64,000 bases of DNA from Macrostomum hystrix (GCA_950097015.1 CATNEN010000007.1:4402001-4466000), one strand, 5' to 3'. Counted from the stretch's first letter, positions 24,401-35,936 are shown. The notes: generated by a model from the letters alone, not told the origin. Program-made: numbers and translations.

Positions 24401-25381
24401 ATGTTCGATGAGTGGGTTTGTCACTACGGAGCTCCAGGAACGATTCATTCCGACCAAGGAGCCAACTTTGAGTCACAACTGATCAGCCATCTTTGTGCTA
24501 GTTTAAACATTAGGAAGACTCGCACGACCGCCTATCACCCTTCGGGAAACGGCCAAGTGGAAAGCTTCAACAAGACGCTGGCAACGGTAATTCGAGCTAA
24601 CCTAGCCAATGAACCGGATCAGAGCCGATGGGATGATTTCGTCGCACCGACACTCCTGGCGTACCGCTCCAGTGTACATCGAGGCACCGGATACACACCG
24701 TTTTTCCTGCTGCATGGGCGGGAGATGAGTTTACCTGTGGACCTTGGTGCGACGCGGCCGCCTGACGTCGAACCGTACTGTGAAGAAGTGCAACGCCTGC
24801 GGGAGACTCTAGAAGCAGCCCATCAAGAAGTGCGGGAAAGGGCAAAGTCGTACCAACGAGTGCAAAAGGATTGGCATGACCGCCAGGTTAGAGGACGCGA
24901 ATTGGAGATAGGCGATGAGGTCTATGTCTATGACCCAGTCCTGAAACCAGGAGCCAAGTCCAAGCTTCACTCCCCCTGGACGGGACCATGTGTTATTCTG
25001 GACAGGCTGACGGAGACGCGTTACCGAATTCGCCAGGAGGGAAGAAGGAAGCCCACTAAAGTCGTGCACTTTAACAATTTGTTGCCGAAGTACAAGAAGG
25101 AGTCCAAAGACAACGCTGGACGGAAGCAGCGTGCTCGACGCGGACCGCAACCGGAGGAGGAGGCTGGGCAGGTAGACGAGAATCGAGACGAGCAAGACGA
25201 GGAAGAGCAAGAAGAGCTGATGGAAACTGGATATCAGTGGCGGCGCCGAGAACCAGTGCAAGCCGAGGAGCCGGAGGATGTGCAACCGGATGCCCCGGAC
25301 CTGGAGCCTGGTCCAGCCAGGGAGCGACCACGGCGACACTGCCAAGCCCCCCAACGCTACGGAGCGCCCGTCTACTACTAA
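21500..25381 (+). CDS. pol: Gypsy pol (protease, RT, RNase H, integrase) with frameshifts in the 5' part
   Basis: LLDSGS protease; PWSSP..VRKKDGELRLCVDYRELN; YIDD; DTDGS RNase H; H..GHFG..C..C and DDE integrase; PWTGP (GPY/F). 997-aa open stretch at 22388-25381. Confidence 0.95.
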
Positions 25382-25444
25382 GCCGATTAACACTAAGGCT
25401 CGGCCGACGGAAGCCGATGCTGAGTTATGAAGAAACCAACATTA

Positions 25445-25645
25445 ATGCACCACCAATGCGTCACCAATTCACCACGAACGCGTCATCAATTCATCACGAA
25501 TGCGTCATCAATGCACCACCAATGCGTCATCAATTCATCACGAATGCGTCATCAATGCACCACCAATGCGTCATCAATTCATCACCAAGGCATCCACAAT
25601 GCATCATCATGTGGCCGCTACCATCATTTGCGTCATCAATCTCCC
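25445..25645 (+). repeat. About 22-bp tandem repeat containing TGCGTCA, between pol and ORF3
   Basis: AATGCGTCATCAAT(TCATCACG/GCACCACC) repeated about 6-7 times. Confidence 0.85.
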
Positions 25646-25737
25646 GACTAGCCTAACGGGTACCCCTATCGCCAGCTATTCTATCAGTGCGGTCGCCTAC
25701 CAGATAGCGTCCCTACGATTAGCGGTCCAAGCCCCAA

Positions 25738-28560
25738 ATGCACCCACCCGACGAAAATGCGACCTGCGACCCAGGGTTCAGCGACCTCGAGGCTGCAGAA
25801 CGATCCTATCCAAAGGTTTATATAGGGGGCCGGTGCCGTTTCAGGCATTGCTTTCCCGGGCTGGACCTCTATGGCGAGTTCGGAGTTTCCCCGTTCGCGA
25901 CTGCGGATGAGTTGCGTCGTGCGTACCGGCGGGAGAGTCTGCGCCGACACCCGGACAAGTGCGGACCGCAGGGCACTGAGAGTTTCCAGAAACTCCAACA
26001 TGCGAGTGCTATTTTGCTATGTCCATTTCGGCGAGCGCTGTATGACCGGTTCGGCCAGGAGGCGGTCTCGGACCCAATGACGTGTGCGAAATACTTTGTT
26101 TCTCCGGACGGGATGCAGGTCCCAGAAGAGTTCGTCATCAATGTCGACTCACAGTCTGCGAGTTCTAATGAGGATGGCGAAGGCTTCTCGGAGGACCGGA
26201 GCAGCGAGCTCGATGAAGATTTGCCAGACTACGAGGCCAGGCGCGCCTATGATTGGACGCAGCCGGAAGACAGCGAGCTCGGTGAAGATTTGCCAGACTA
26301 CGAGACCAGGCGCACCTATGACTGGACGCAGTCGGAAGAGGACGAACTCCTAGACGACTCGACGGAGGACGCTGAGATGGTACCCGACGAGCCGCCGGGA
26401 ACATCTGAAGTCGGACCGGCAGTGGTTTCAGCTGTGGCCTGCGCGACTGACTCCAGCAGGTCGGAAGAAGAGCCTTGGGTTGGCGATGCAGCTCGGGAGA
26501 GGCTGCGTTTAAGAAAGCGAACCCAGCGCAACATCCTACAAGGAAGTTCAGCCGCCACGTTCCGCACGCTGGTAAAAATAGCCGCGCTGTGCCACTTGGA
26601 GCGGCGGGATCATCGGACAGAAATCACGATGCTCCTGACCCAGGTCCTGATGTTTATCAGTCGAGACGTCAGCAAAAAGTACCGCGGGCACGCCAAGCGA
26701 ACCTGGCAGCGGCAGGCCTTCGAACGCAGCGCCAAGTTCATCGCAAGTGTCGCGATCCCGACGTTTGAGCTGCGCAATGGAGGACGTCTTTCTTTCTTTC
26801 TTTCGTTTCCAGGGCGCGCCCGATCCGGAGTACCGATAAGGGCGGGGGCGCTAGAGGCGCCCCATACTGCGCAGGAGCTCGACGACCGCGGCCGGGTTCT
26901 CCATCAAGTTCTCGGCCGGGATTCCGCGTAGGGCTCGGTGGCGGTCGCCTCTTGGACAGTGGAGGACGACGTGGTCGACACTGTCCACCTCGCCGCAATC
27001 GGGACACAGCGGGGACGCGTCGACACCGAGACGGTAGCGGGTCTTTCTATCGACCATGCTGGCGCCCGCGCGAAGTTGGTTGACCAGGACCTGTTGCTTC
27101 CGCGGCAGACCCTGGGGCGGGCTCCAGAAAGGGCCGACTGCTATGATATCCAGGGCGCGCCGGCAGCGTCGGGTGGCTGCTCTGGCGGCGTCCAACTGGA
27201 TCGGGACCTGACTTTGGTCTAGTTTTGCCGCCCTGGCCGCCGCCTGATCGGCGGCCTCGTTGCCGGTAATACCGCAGTGGGCCGGAACCCAGCAGAAGCC
27301 AATCTTGGTGCCTAGCTCGATCAGGTCCAGAATGAGCTGCCAGCAGTCGGCTGCTACTGAGTCCCTCTGCCTAAGTGGCCCGGCGCTCAGGGTCGTGATG
27401 GCGCTCAGGCTGTCGGTGGCGATGGTGATGTCCGGGGGTCTGTCTGCCGCGGTGTTGCAGAGGCGGAGGCCCTCTCGGATAGCGGTGAGTTCGGCCGTGA
27501 AGCTGCTGCATAGGGCGCCCGCCGCAGACATGCGGGCTGCCTCTGGTGGAAGCCATTGTGCGACTGCTGCTCCCCCGCCGTTTCTGCAACCGTCCTGTAC
27601 CGAGCCGTCGGTCCAGATGACGTGCTCCGTGAGACGGGACACGGTTGGTTCGGCGAGGGCGGCGCGAAGTTCTGCTGGCATTTGTCGGGTTGCTTCTTTG
27701 GCGGCCGATGTGTCGAAGCGGACTTCTAGGCTTCTGCTGATGGTCCACGGTGCTGGGCCGATTGCCGTTGGTGCTCTTGGGTGGGCCTCAAGCGTGTGCT
27801 GCATTCCAGCTCTTGCGCGATGCGGCGCCAGCAGGCGCGGTACGGGCGGTTGGCATCCGAGAGCGCGTCCGGGATGCGTTCCCCGCGCTGGCCGTCGTTG
27901 GCCCGGTTCTTCATTGCGGCTTCGTAGGTCCGGTTTTTGAGTCTTGGTCGCTCGTTCGCGGTTGCTGCTTGGTGCGCTGGGATGTCGGCCGGTAGTCTGG
28001 CCATCCTCTCGCGGAGGTTGCTAGCTCTTTCCGCGGCGATGTGGTGGAGGGGCGGCAGGTTGGCGACGGCCAGCAGTTTGTCCGTCCGAGAGGGCATCAC
28101 GCAGCCGGTGATTAGGCGTGCACACGCGTTCTGCTGCCTCTCCACAAGTGCCCGGTTGCTTGGTGCTGCGCTCGTTAACCAAATGGCACTGCTGTAGTCC
28201 GCAATGGAGCGGCAGGTTGCGATGTAGGCTGCGCGCAGTGTTTTCTGGTCGGCGCCTGTTTGTCTGTCTGCGAGCATCTGGATCGGTCGGCGTCTAGCTG
28301 CCATTTTTCGTCTGACATCCTTGGCATGCTCTCCGAAACCGAGGTGGTCGTCGAATTTGACCCCTAGGAAGGTCGGGTTCGCCTCGAACCGCAGTGGGTC
28401 TCCGTTGATGTTGAGGTCGAGTCTTATCTTGCCTCTGTTTTCGGCCGGGGATAAAGTGAAGGTGCTGTAACTGCACTTCGCGGTGCTGAGCTCGACTTTC
28501 CATCTCTTTGGAGGACGTCTGCTAGGGCTGCTGCGTAGCGTGGCTTGGGCGGCCGTGTAG
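25738..28560 (+). CDS. ORF3: intronless DnaJ J-domain protein (363 aa once the LINE insertion is removed)
   Basis: DLYGEFGVSPFATADELRRAYRRESLRRHPDK...FQKLQHASAILLCPFRRALYDRFG is a J domain with an intact HPD motif. Joining 25738-26789 to 28521-28560 restores the frame to a TAG stop. Confidence 0.85.
26790..28508 (-). mobile_element. 5'-truncated non-LTR retrotransposon with RNase H (Ingi/I-group-like)
   Basis: RT thumb (AYIATCRSIADYSS), RNase H (WTDGS..AEL..TDSLS..WVPAHCGITGNEAAD), C-terminal CPDC..H..HC, (GAAA)n tail, 12-bp TSD TGGAGGACGTCT at 26778-26789 and 28509-28520. Confidence 0.93.
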
Positions 28561-28759
28561 CGGGGTGACGGGACGGATATCTCGGCTTGCCGTGGGCCCT
28601 TCTTCCATCACACCTCTCCTTATCATCATTAATTAATTTTTTCGTTTCGTTCGTTTTTTTTCGTTGTCCAATACCATATGATTACCGGGAATGACCCCAA
28701 AGAGAAAAAATTTGTGCGGCAGCAAAAGTGCCGTCGGCGAAGTGCCGGATGATGATTTC

Positions 28760-28860
28760 AACCTGGTAACGACCGGCCTGGTGCGGACCTCGACCTGGTA
28801 ATGACTGGCCTGGTGCGGACCTCGACCTGGTAATGACTGGCCTGGTGACCTGGTGATGCC
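28760..28860. repeat. 32-bp tandem repeat in the Gypsy 3' region
   Basis: ACCTGGTAATGACTGGCCTGGTGCGGACCTCG, about 3 copies. Confidence 0.85.
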
Positions 28861-29083
28861 ATAGTGAGACCAGTTGATGATCCTATTTGGCGGGCACATC
28901 AAGCACATCGAGACACCTCCTGTCGGACGACCTAGATCCATTATGTACTGTATGCGGCTAGCTATTACATGCTGTGGAATTGCCATGGCATACCATTTTT
29001 TTGACAATTTTCCATTACCTACTGACAATAATCATTGCTATCGTGTTTTTATGGTGCTACGGTCATTTTTTTGAGGGGAAGAG

Positions 29084-29989
29084 TGTTGTGAGCTGCGTCT
29101 CATAACGACCTTGCCCCGGCCCCTGCGTCTCCAGCCCTTCCACCCCAGCCGCCTGCTCAATCCGGTTCTGCCCGGCCCCGGCTTAGGCCACCCTCCGTTG
29201 GCGTGGTTGTCGTTGTCATTCGCCCATTGGCTGTCCCCTGTGCCGTCCTCGCTAGTCCAATCAGGCCTCTCGCCAAGGAGGCTTCTGATTGGCTAGCCGG
29301 TCTCCTTCTCTCTCTCTCTCGGCTTGCAGCCGACCCCAGCCCAGCCCTGTTTGCTACCACCCCAGCCCTGCGTGGCTTAGCCCTACCCCGTCCAGCCCTA
29401 TGCCCTCGCCCCACCCCACGCGGTTATTTATTTGCGCGCGCTGCCCGTGGCCAGCCCGCGCGCAGCTCGGCCCAAGTACTGCCTTGAGAACGCTGTCTTG
29501 AATTAGAGCAATAGCTTAAATAGGAGGTTAGGCGCGAACGATTGTTATAGAATACATTACGCAGCCTGACACTTCGATTGATATGAGTTCAGCGTTCAAC
29601 CCCTCCCGGTAAGAAAAGTATTCACGCGTTATTTATTTCTTTATTATCGACTCTTGTTCCTCTGCCCAACCTCGGCTGCTGCCAAAAACTCACCATCATC
29701 CTTCTCCTCCAGAGTCTTCCTCGAGTCTGCGAAGTGTCGGTACGCTTCCAGACCATCATCTACCTCTCTCTTGGGCTGTCGAGTGGCTACCCGCTCGCAG
29801 TCAAAACCTTCAGTCAGGGCTTAGCGAGTGTCGGTACGCTCCAAGTCCATCCCGTCTCTCCTCGGAGTGTCTGGACGCCTCGAGGGTCGCTGCTTCCCCC
29901 CCTCTACCCCCGGCAAGCTTTGGGCGGTCCGTACCCGAACCCCCACTACCGCGTTGGCGAACTGCCGACAATACGAAAGAATTACAACA
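29084..29989 (+). repeat. 3' LTR (906 bp)
   Basis: Matches the 5' LTR with many small deletions. Confidence 0.97.
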
Positions 29990-30294
29990 CATCGACATCA
30001 CAGTATGCAAAATAGCACGTTATCAATTAATGGAATTTAATGACAACTAATGAGTTTAATAATTGCTTTGTAAATACTTATTTTCAAAAACAGGAAAGAT
30101 GATGGATTTGCAGAAGGCTCCGCCAACAAGACAGTATCATTGCACAGTTCATTGCATTTGACTGCAAGAATAATGGTTTCAATCCTACTTCTTGTTGGCT
30201 TGATTTACTCTGCACTGCTGGTCAGAGGCATTCACTGGGGCAAGTTAAGTTCACGCACTAAACGTCACACAAAAAGATTAGCTATCACCAGGTG

Positions 30295-30910
30295 AAAGTG
30301 ACTTTGTCTGTAATGGTGGCCGCATGAATGTCCCATTGCTTATACCCAATGCATGCAACTATCGCAGTGAAGCGAGTCAGGCAGTAGTCAGAATGACTTG
30401 AGTTATCAGTGCCTCAGTTGCACCAGTCTCTGGCTACTGCTTGATGGTTTTACCTGCTTAATCGACAGTTTCTACTGCCCCTAAACTGCCTTTTTAGTGC
30501 AATTATTACATGTTACTTTTTAAATAAAAAATATAGCTATAATAACATTTTATTTACAGTCTAAGCAAGTGCCTGAGATAAAAGTACATTGATTAAATTA
30601 ACCCACAAACTGAGTTAAGCGTACAATGAGACTATAGACCATTCAAATAGTGCCTATTCACTTCACGACTGGCTGTCTCTCCGTGCGTGTGGCGTGTCGC
30701 CATTGCGGCGGGGGGTTGAGGGCCAGTTTTAGCCGGCAGCCAATAGAAACGAGGGCGTTTAGTTGTAATTGGCTGTGCTGGTTTGGAATGGTAGAATAAG
30801 CAAAACGGAATATATCTGGAAAATTCCACAAACCAGTAAGCCCCTTAAAACCCGTGAGTCTAGCGCAGACATGCTGGACTGGTATTTAAAGTTATAAGTT
30901 TCATACTCAA
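30295..30910. repeat. Segmental duplicate of ~16100-16750
   Basis: Near-identical block upstream of RG-knuckle genes. Confidence 0.95.
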
Positions 30911-30944
30911 GACTAGAGATACAGACGATCAACAACAACTACAT

Positions 30945-31305
30945 ATGCATATCAACAACTATTTCACGAGCGGCGGGCCAGGACGAGGCAGTCGATGTCG
31001 CACCGGACCCCGGGGGAGGTCCATCCGCAGGATGTTACTTCTGCGGTGGGCCGCACTGGGTCATCCGATGCGACCGTATCAGGGCGGTCGTCCTGGCCCA
31101 CCAGCAGCAGGTGCAGCAGCAGCAGCCGCCACCGCAGCAGCAGCAGCAGCAGCAGCAGCCGCCGCCACCGCAGCGGCAGCAGCAGGCGCAGAACTTAACA
31201 GCAGCAGTTGCCCGAAAGGGTCTGACGGCTGCAGTTCCGCCGCCGCCTCCACCGCCGCCTCCACCGCCGCCGCCGGCTGACGCCGCGGCCGGAAAGAAGA
31301 AATGA
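30945..31305 (+). CDS. RG-rich / CX2CX3HX4C knuckle / polyQ-polyP protein (~120 aa; one extra G at ~31013)
   Basis: MHINNYFTSGGPGRG..TGPRG/GPSAGCYFCGGPHWVIRC..Qn..AQNLTAAVAR..Pn..KKK*; a single homopolymer insertion breaks the frame. Confidence 0.7.
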
Positions 31306-31416
31306 GTGGATATACAATATAAATACAAATACAATGTATACAAATATATTTATTGGTTGATTAATTGGAAACAAGGATTTATTGTCGTTTCTTATTTTTG
31401 CCGCTTTGTTTAAAGG

Positions 31417-31953
31417 GAAGTCACGAAGCGAGACGGATCTACGGTTACCCTCACGAATGTAAAGCTGGTAGACGCTTCGAAGTCAACGGTGGAATGCGCC
31501 TTTTAGGGAGCCTCGACCTCCCAGGTGACCGACTGGTCGGTTGGCGACGTTCTAGAAGTGCAGAGAGCAACGGCCCAGCAGTTTTCTGGACTTGTCAACC
31601 CGAGTTGCAAGGAAGCCAAGAAATGTGATGCCGCATCATGGCCAGAACTGCGGAGCCTGGTTGATTCGTCGGACTCAACCCAGGAGGATTTCTGTCCCGT
31701 GATGGCATCACAGCCGGCAAATTCTGAGCGGCTCCAGCTGACACCGCAGCAGTCGAGGTCGGAAATCGTCATGGAATATCCCCGGAATTTCTACGAAGCG
31801 TACAGCAGTGTGCAGCAGCTCCGGCTTCGCTTTGAGGGCTTGGAGATAGTTTATACGCAGAGCAACCAGGAGCAGGCACATGTACAACTGCAGACTAGCA
31901 CGCCAGAACCAAGCTTCCAGACTCGTGATGCTGATGAGAATTCAAATGAGTGA
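31417..31953 (+). pseudogene. RPA70-like OB-fold (DBD-B-like) fragment
   Basis: EVTKRDGSTVTLTNVKLVDASKSTVECAF*GASTSQVTDWSVGDVLEVQRA aligns with the 36412 ORF; TAG stands where Trp is expected. Confidence 0.75.
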
Positions 31954-31996
31954 GTAAATCGGAACAGACTTAAAATTTAATTTTGTTGTTGATTGT

Positions 31997-32165
31997 GTTA
32001 TTAAAGTCACATTGAGTCTCAGTAAAGTATTTTTGCCCAGATGATTCACTGAGCAAATCCTAGAATTTTGGGTAGGTCTCTGCAAATCAGATTATGGGCT
32101 GACAGAGAGTCTGTGAACTGTACATATCAGCTGCATTATGTACTGCTGGATGTTCCAAACTCTGA
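31997..32165. repeat. Duplicate of 15875-16045
   Basis: Near-identical block that, in the other copy, lies just downstream of the RepHel stop. Confidence 0.9.
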
Positions 32166-32478
32166 GGCCGTCGACGTCGACGATGGACCCGGGGCGGTCC
32201 ATCCGCAGGATGCTATTTCTGCGGTGGGCCGCACTGGGTCATCCGATGCGACCGTATCAGGGCCGTCGCCCTGGCCCACCAGCAGCAGGTGCAGTAGCAG
32301 CAGCCGCCACCGCAGCAGCAGCAGCAGGTGCAGCAGCAGCAGCCGCCACCGCAGCAGCAGCAGCAGCTGCAGCAGCAGCAGCTGCAGCAGCAGCAGCCAC
32401 CGCAGCGGCTGCAGCAGGCGCAGAACTTAACAGCAGCAGTTGCCCGAATGGGTCTGACGGCTGCAGTTCCGCCGCCGC
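32166..32478 (+). pseudogene. RG-knuckle-polyQ gene copy, 5'-deleted
   Basis: GPSAGCYFCGGPHWVIRC intact, but no ATG and one CAG>TAG stop. Confidence 0.75.
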
Positions 32479-34690
32479 GCGCTCTGGACCCCGGGGACGA
32501 GAGCTGCTGTCCCTTCTCCGAGCGCGAACTCGAGGCGGCGCTGGCGCAACAACGCCCATACGGAGCTGCCGGACCGGACGACATCTCGCCGAGGTTCCTG
32601 AAGGCGCTCGGCCCGAAAGCCCGCACGGAGCTGCTTGATGTTTTCAACCAATCCTGGAGCCAAGGCCTCTGCGCCCAAGCGTGGCGCAACGCCAACATAA
32701 TCCCGCTGCTAAAAAAGGGCAAATCAGCCGGTGACTTGGCTTCCTTCCGGCCAGTCAGCTTGACGTCGTGTATGGTCAAGATTCTCGAACGCCTCATTGT
32801 CACCCGCCTCAGTCACCTGGTGGAGTCGCGAGGCTGGATCTCGCCGCAGCAGGCTGGTTTCCGCAGGCTGCGCAGCTGCGAGGAACTCATTCTTGCGGCG
32901 GTGCAGCACATTAGCGATGGCTTTCAGCACCAACCCATGCTGAGGACTTTGATGGCCCTCCTAGATTTCAGCAAGGCTTATGACTAAGTCTGGATTCAAC
33001 GGCTTCTCGCCACTCTTCTCAACAAAGGCGTCCCGGGACCATTCGTTCGCTGGGTCAACGCTTTCCTTTCTAACCGTCAGGCTAGAGTGTGCATTAACGG
33101 CGTCCACAGTCGCTTTCACCGTATGCGCCAAGGCCTACCGCAGGGTTCTGTCATCGCGCCTCTTCTGATCGTCCTTTTTCTGGACCCAGTGGTGTGCACC
33201 ATTCCGGCCGAGGTGAGCCCGTTGCTTTACGCGGATGACATCGCTCTCCAATGCCAGCATCGCTGCGCGGCCACCGCTCTTGCGCACCTTCAGTATGCCG
33301 TGGACAAGGTGGCTGACTGGATCAAGGCCAACAAGATGACGCTGAACCCGCTAAAGAGCGAGTGCGCTTTTTTCTCGACTAATACCCACGAGGCGTCCTT
33401 CAAACCCTTTAAATTCTTCAAAAATTCAGCTGTGTGGCAGCATGATCCCGTTTAACGATAGCCCGCGGTTCCTGGGAGTCTACCTCGACCGCACCCTCGC
33501 CTTCACCTCGCCTTCACCTCACGGGATCAACTCTGCCTCATTGCTTACGAAAAAGCGCTGCGCCTGCCGCATGATCACCCGCGCTACCTGGCCGCGTCCG
33601 CTCAGGTGCCGCACCGATCCGTAAGGAGCAGCTGGCGCCACAGAGCGCAGCAGCTTCTGGCAAGTACGTTGGGCCTCCTGGCAATCCGCGATCCTCTTCC
33701 CCCTGTGCCGCAGTGCCCGTGGAGCGACAGCAGCGCCCTAGCGCCCATCACCTCGAGCTCTCGCGGCCCCCTCCCAACGAGCCCGAGGGGTCGGACCCCG
33801 GCAATGACACGCAGCTTCGTTTGGCGGCCGAGGACACGGTCCGCAGCGCAGCCGCGGCGCTAGTGATGTTTACTGATGGCTCAGCGGGCGGCGGCGTCAG
33901 CAACGGCGGAGCAGCTTGCGTGGTCACCCGGGGCGACCCTGCCGCTCCGGAGGTCCTGGAGGTCCTCTCCAGCAGAGGAGCGGCGGCGACCTGCAGCTTC
34001 GACGAGGAGCGCCGCGCCCTCGGCCTGGCCTTTGCCTGGCTAGCCGGGCGGCCAGTTAATGGCCCCATTCTCATTTGCACCGACAGCCGTGCACTGCTTG
34101 CCGCCCTCTCCAACTCCAGGCCGTCCGGCGGTCTTCCGAAGACGCCCGCCGGCCGACGATCGAACTGCAGTGGGTCCCGGCACACTGCGGCCTTCGCGGC
34201 AACGAGTTGGCGGACGCAGCTGTCAAGCTGGCGGCGTGCTCCGGCGCGGTCTCTGCGGCGGTGTCGCTGGCCAGCGCAGCGGCGTTTATCCGGCGAACTA
34301 TTTGCGATCCGCACATCGGCCGCACCACCACCTCGGATGTCTACAGAGGCCTCAACCGGGAGCGGGACAGCGCCGAAATCACCAGTCGGCAGGATGCTGT
34401 GCTGCTTGCCCAGCTGCGCTCCGGCCATTGCAGCAGGTTGCACGCTTATGGCTGCATAGTCAATCCGTTGGCGGACCCGACCTGCCCGCATTGCCAGGAC
34501 GAGCCGCAGGACTTGCAGCACTGGCTGCATTGTCCGGCTCTTCGCCCGGCTCGCACAGACATTTTCGACGGAGAAGACAACATTCCTCTGGAGACCCTGA
34601 CCGTCGCCCCGGCGAGGTCGTTGGCGCTGGCGAGGAGGAGCCTCTTCTGAGGGCCTCTTCGGCGCCCGTGCCCACCAACAACAACAACAG
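32479..34690 (+). mobile_element. 5'-truncated Ingi/I-group-like non-LTR retrotransposon (RT + RNase H + CCHC), decayed
   Basis: AGPD; SFRPVSLTSC..K..ER; QAGFR; LDFSKAYD; GLPQGS; YADD; RNase H FTDGS and WVPAHCGLRGNELAD; CPHC..H..HC; (CAA)n tail; stops and frameshifts. Confidence 0.9.
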
Positions 34691-34966
34691 CAGCAGCAGC
34701 AGCATTAGCAGCAGCAGAAGCAGCAGCAGCATCAGCAGCAGCAGTCGCCACCGCAGCAGCAGCAGCAGCAGCAGCCGCCATATCAGCAGCAGTAGCAGAA
34801 GCTGCCACCGCAGCAGCAGCAGCAGCAGCAGCAGCAGCCGCCATATCAGCTGCAGTAGCAGAAGCTGCCACCGCAGTAGCAGGCGCAATTAGCGGCTGCT
34901 GTAGCCCGGATATGCATTGTGTCGCGTCCCCCACCGCTGCCACCGGCTGCCGCGAAGAAGAAATAA
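34690..34966 (+). pseudogene. 3' remnant of another RG-knuckle-polyQ paralog
   Basis: CAG tract followed by AQLAAAVAR...PPPLPPAAAKKK*, the same ending style and 3' flank as the 30945 copy. Confidence 0.6.
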
Positions 34967-35889
34967 ATTTGAATTTGAACAGTTTCTTTCCATAAATATA
35001 TTTGATTGAGTGATTTATTTATTGGAAACAAGAATTTATTGTCGTTTATTTTTGCCGCTTTGTTTAAAGATTCGTTCAGATCGACATTACGTATAAGTAG
35101 TACTTGCTCTCCTCCGTGTCTAGATTTAATTCGGTTTAAGAGACCTCTTGAGACAACTCAATGAGAATTATTGTACGTTGTTTTCAAGGCGAAATTTTAA
35201 CAGAGAAATTCAATAGGAGAAAGCATTAAACTGTACTGTTGAGCACTGCAAGTTTAGTGTGTGTTGCTTCTCGGTCTGATGTATCACTCTTTTTTTTGAT
35301 CGTAAGTCCAAGCTGTAGTCTTCTGTAGTAGTCTAGCAGTTTATTCGCAGTGTCGATGGCATGAAGGCAATAACTAAGTATGACTATCAACTCTTTCAAG
35401 TAAGGCAATGATCTATAACTATTCTAGATCGGAAACTACTGCGATCAGAGTTTAAGTCAGGAACTAACGTGGAAAACAATGTCTTATGGATTAAAGTGCA
35501 ATACTAACGGGGCTCGAGTCTTAGCTCTCGAGTCTTAGCTACCGGGCAGCTCCCGCGCCCCGCTCCATCTTATATAATGTGCTCAAACCCCTCTTTTCCG
35601 AGGGGATGGAAAAGCCTTAGCAACAGAGCGCAAGAGAATTTGTGATGAGTGGGGTCGCAGCCCCGAGATTAGTACACGGTTTCTCGGTTGGCAGGCTCAC
35701 CAACCCCGGTCCTAAGGAGGGTGGGGCAAAGGCCTAAAAACTCATCTCCAGATAGAGTCCGGGCCCGCTCCGCCTCCTCCCGTGGTTACCTCTAACCTCT
35801 CTGCTTTCAGTTGCTTCGCCATTAAGCTATTGCTATTTTCAGCCTACCTCCTAGAGCTCTCTTGAGTTCCTTTCAGATTTCTAAGTCTT

Positions 35890-35905
35890 ATACAGACAGA
35901 CAGAA

Positions 35906-35936
<31 letters not shown>

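Larger units (their letters stand above)
19441..29989 (+). mobile_element. Full-length Ty3/Gypsy LTR retrotransposon with an extra J-domain ORF
   Basis: LTRs 19441-20368 and 29084-29989 (TG...CA); CATC TSD; PBS 20370-20387; polypurine tract (PPT) GAGGGGAAGAG 29073-29083; domain order gag-PR-RT-RH-IN. Confidence 0.97.

Noticed and set aside
25738-26931. Polyomavirus T-antigen-like protein (J domain + LxCxE + helicase) or a classical env
   Set aside because: No LxCxE, origin-binding or SF3 helicase motifs; no signal peptide, furin site or TM anchor in ORF3. Only the J domain is supported.
28874-29074. 66-aa ORF before the 3' LTR
   Set aside because: Short, with no recognisable motif; no way to support it without other copies.
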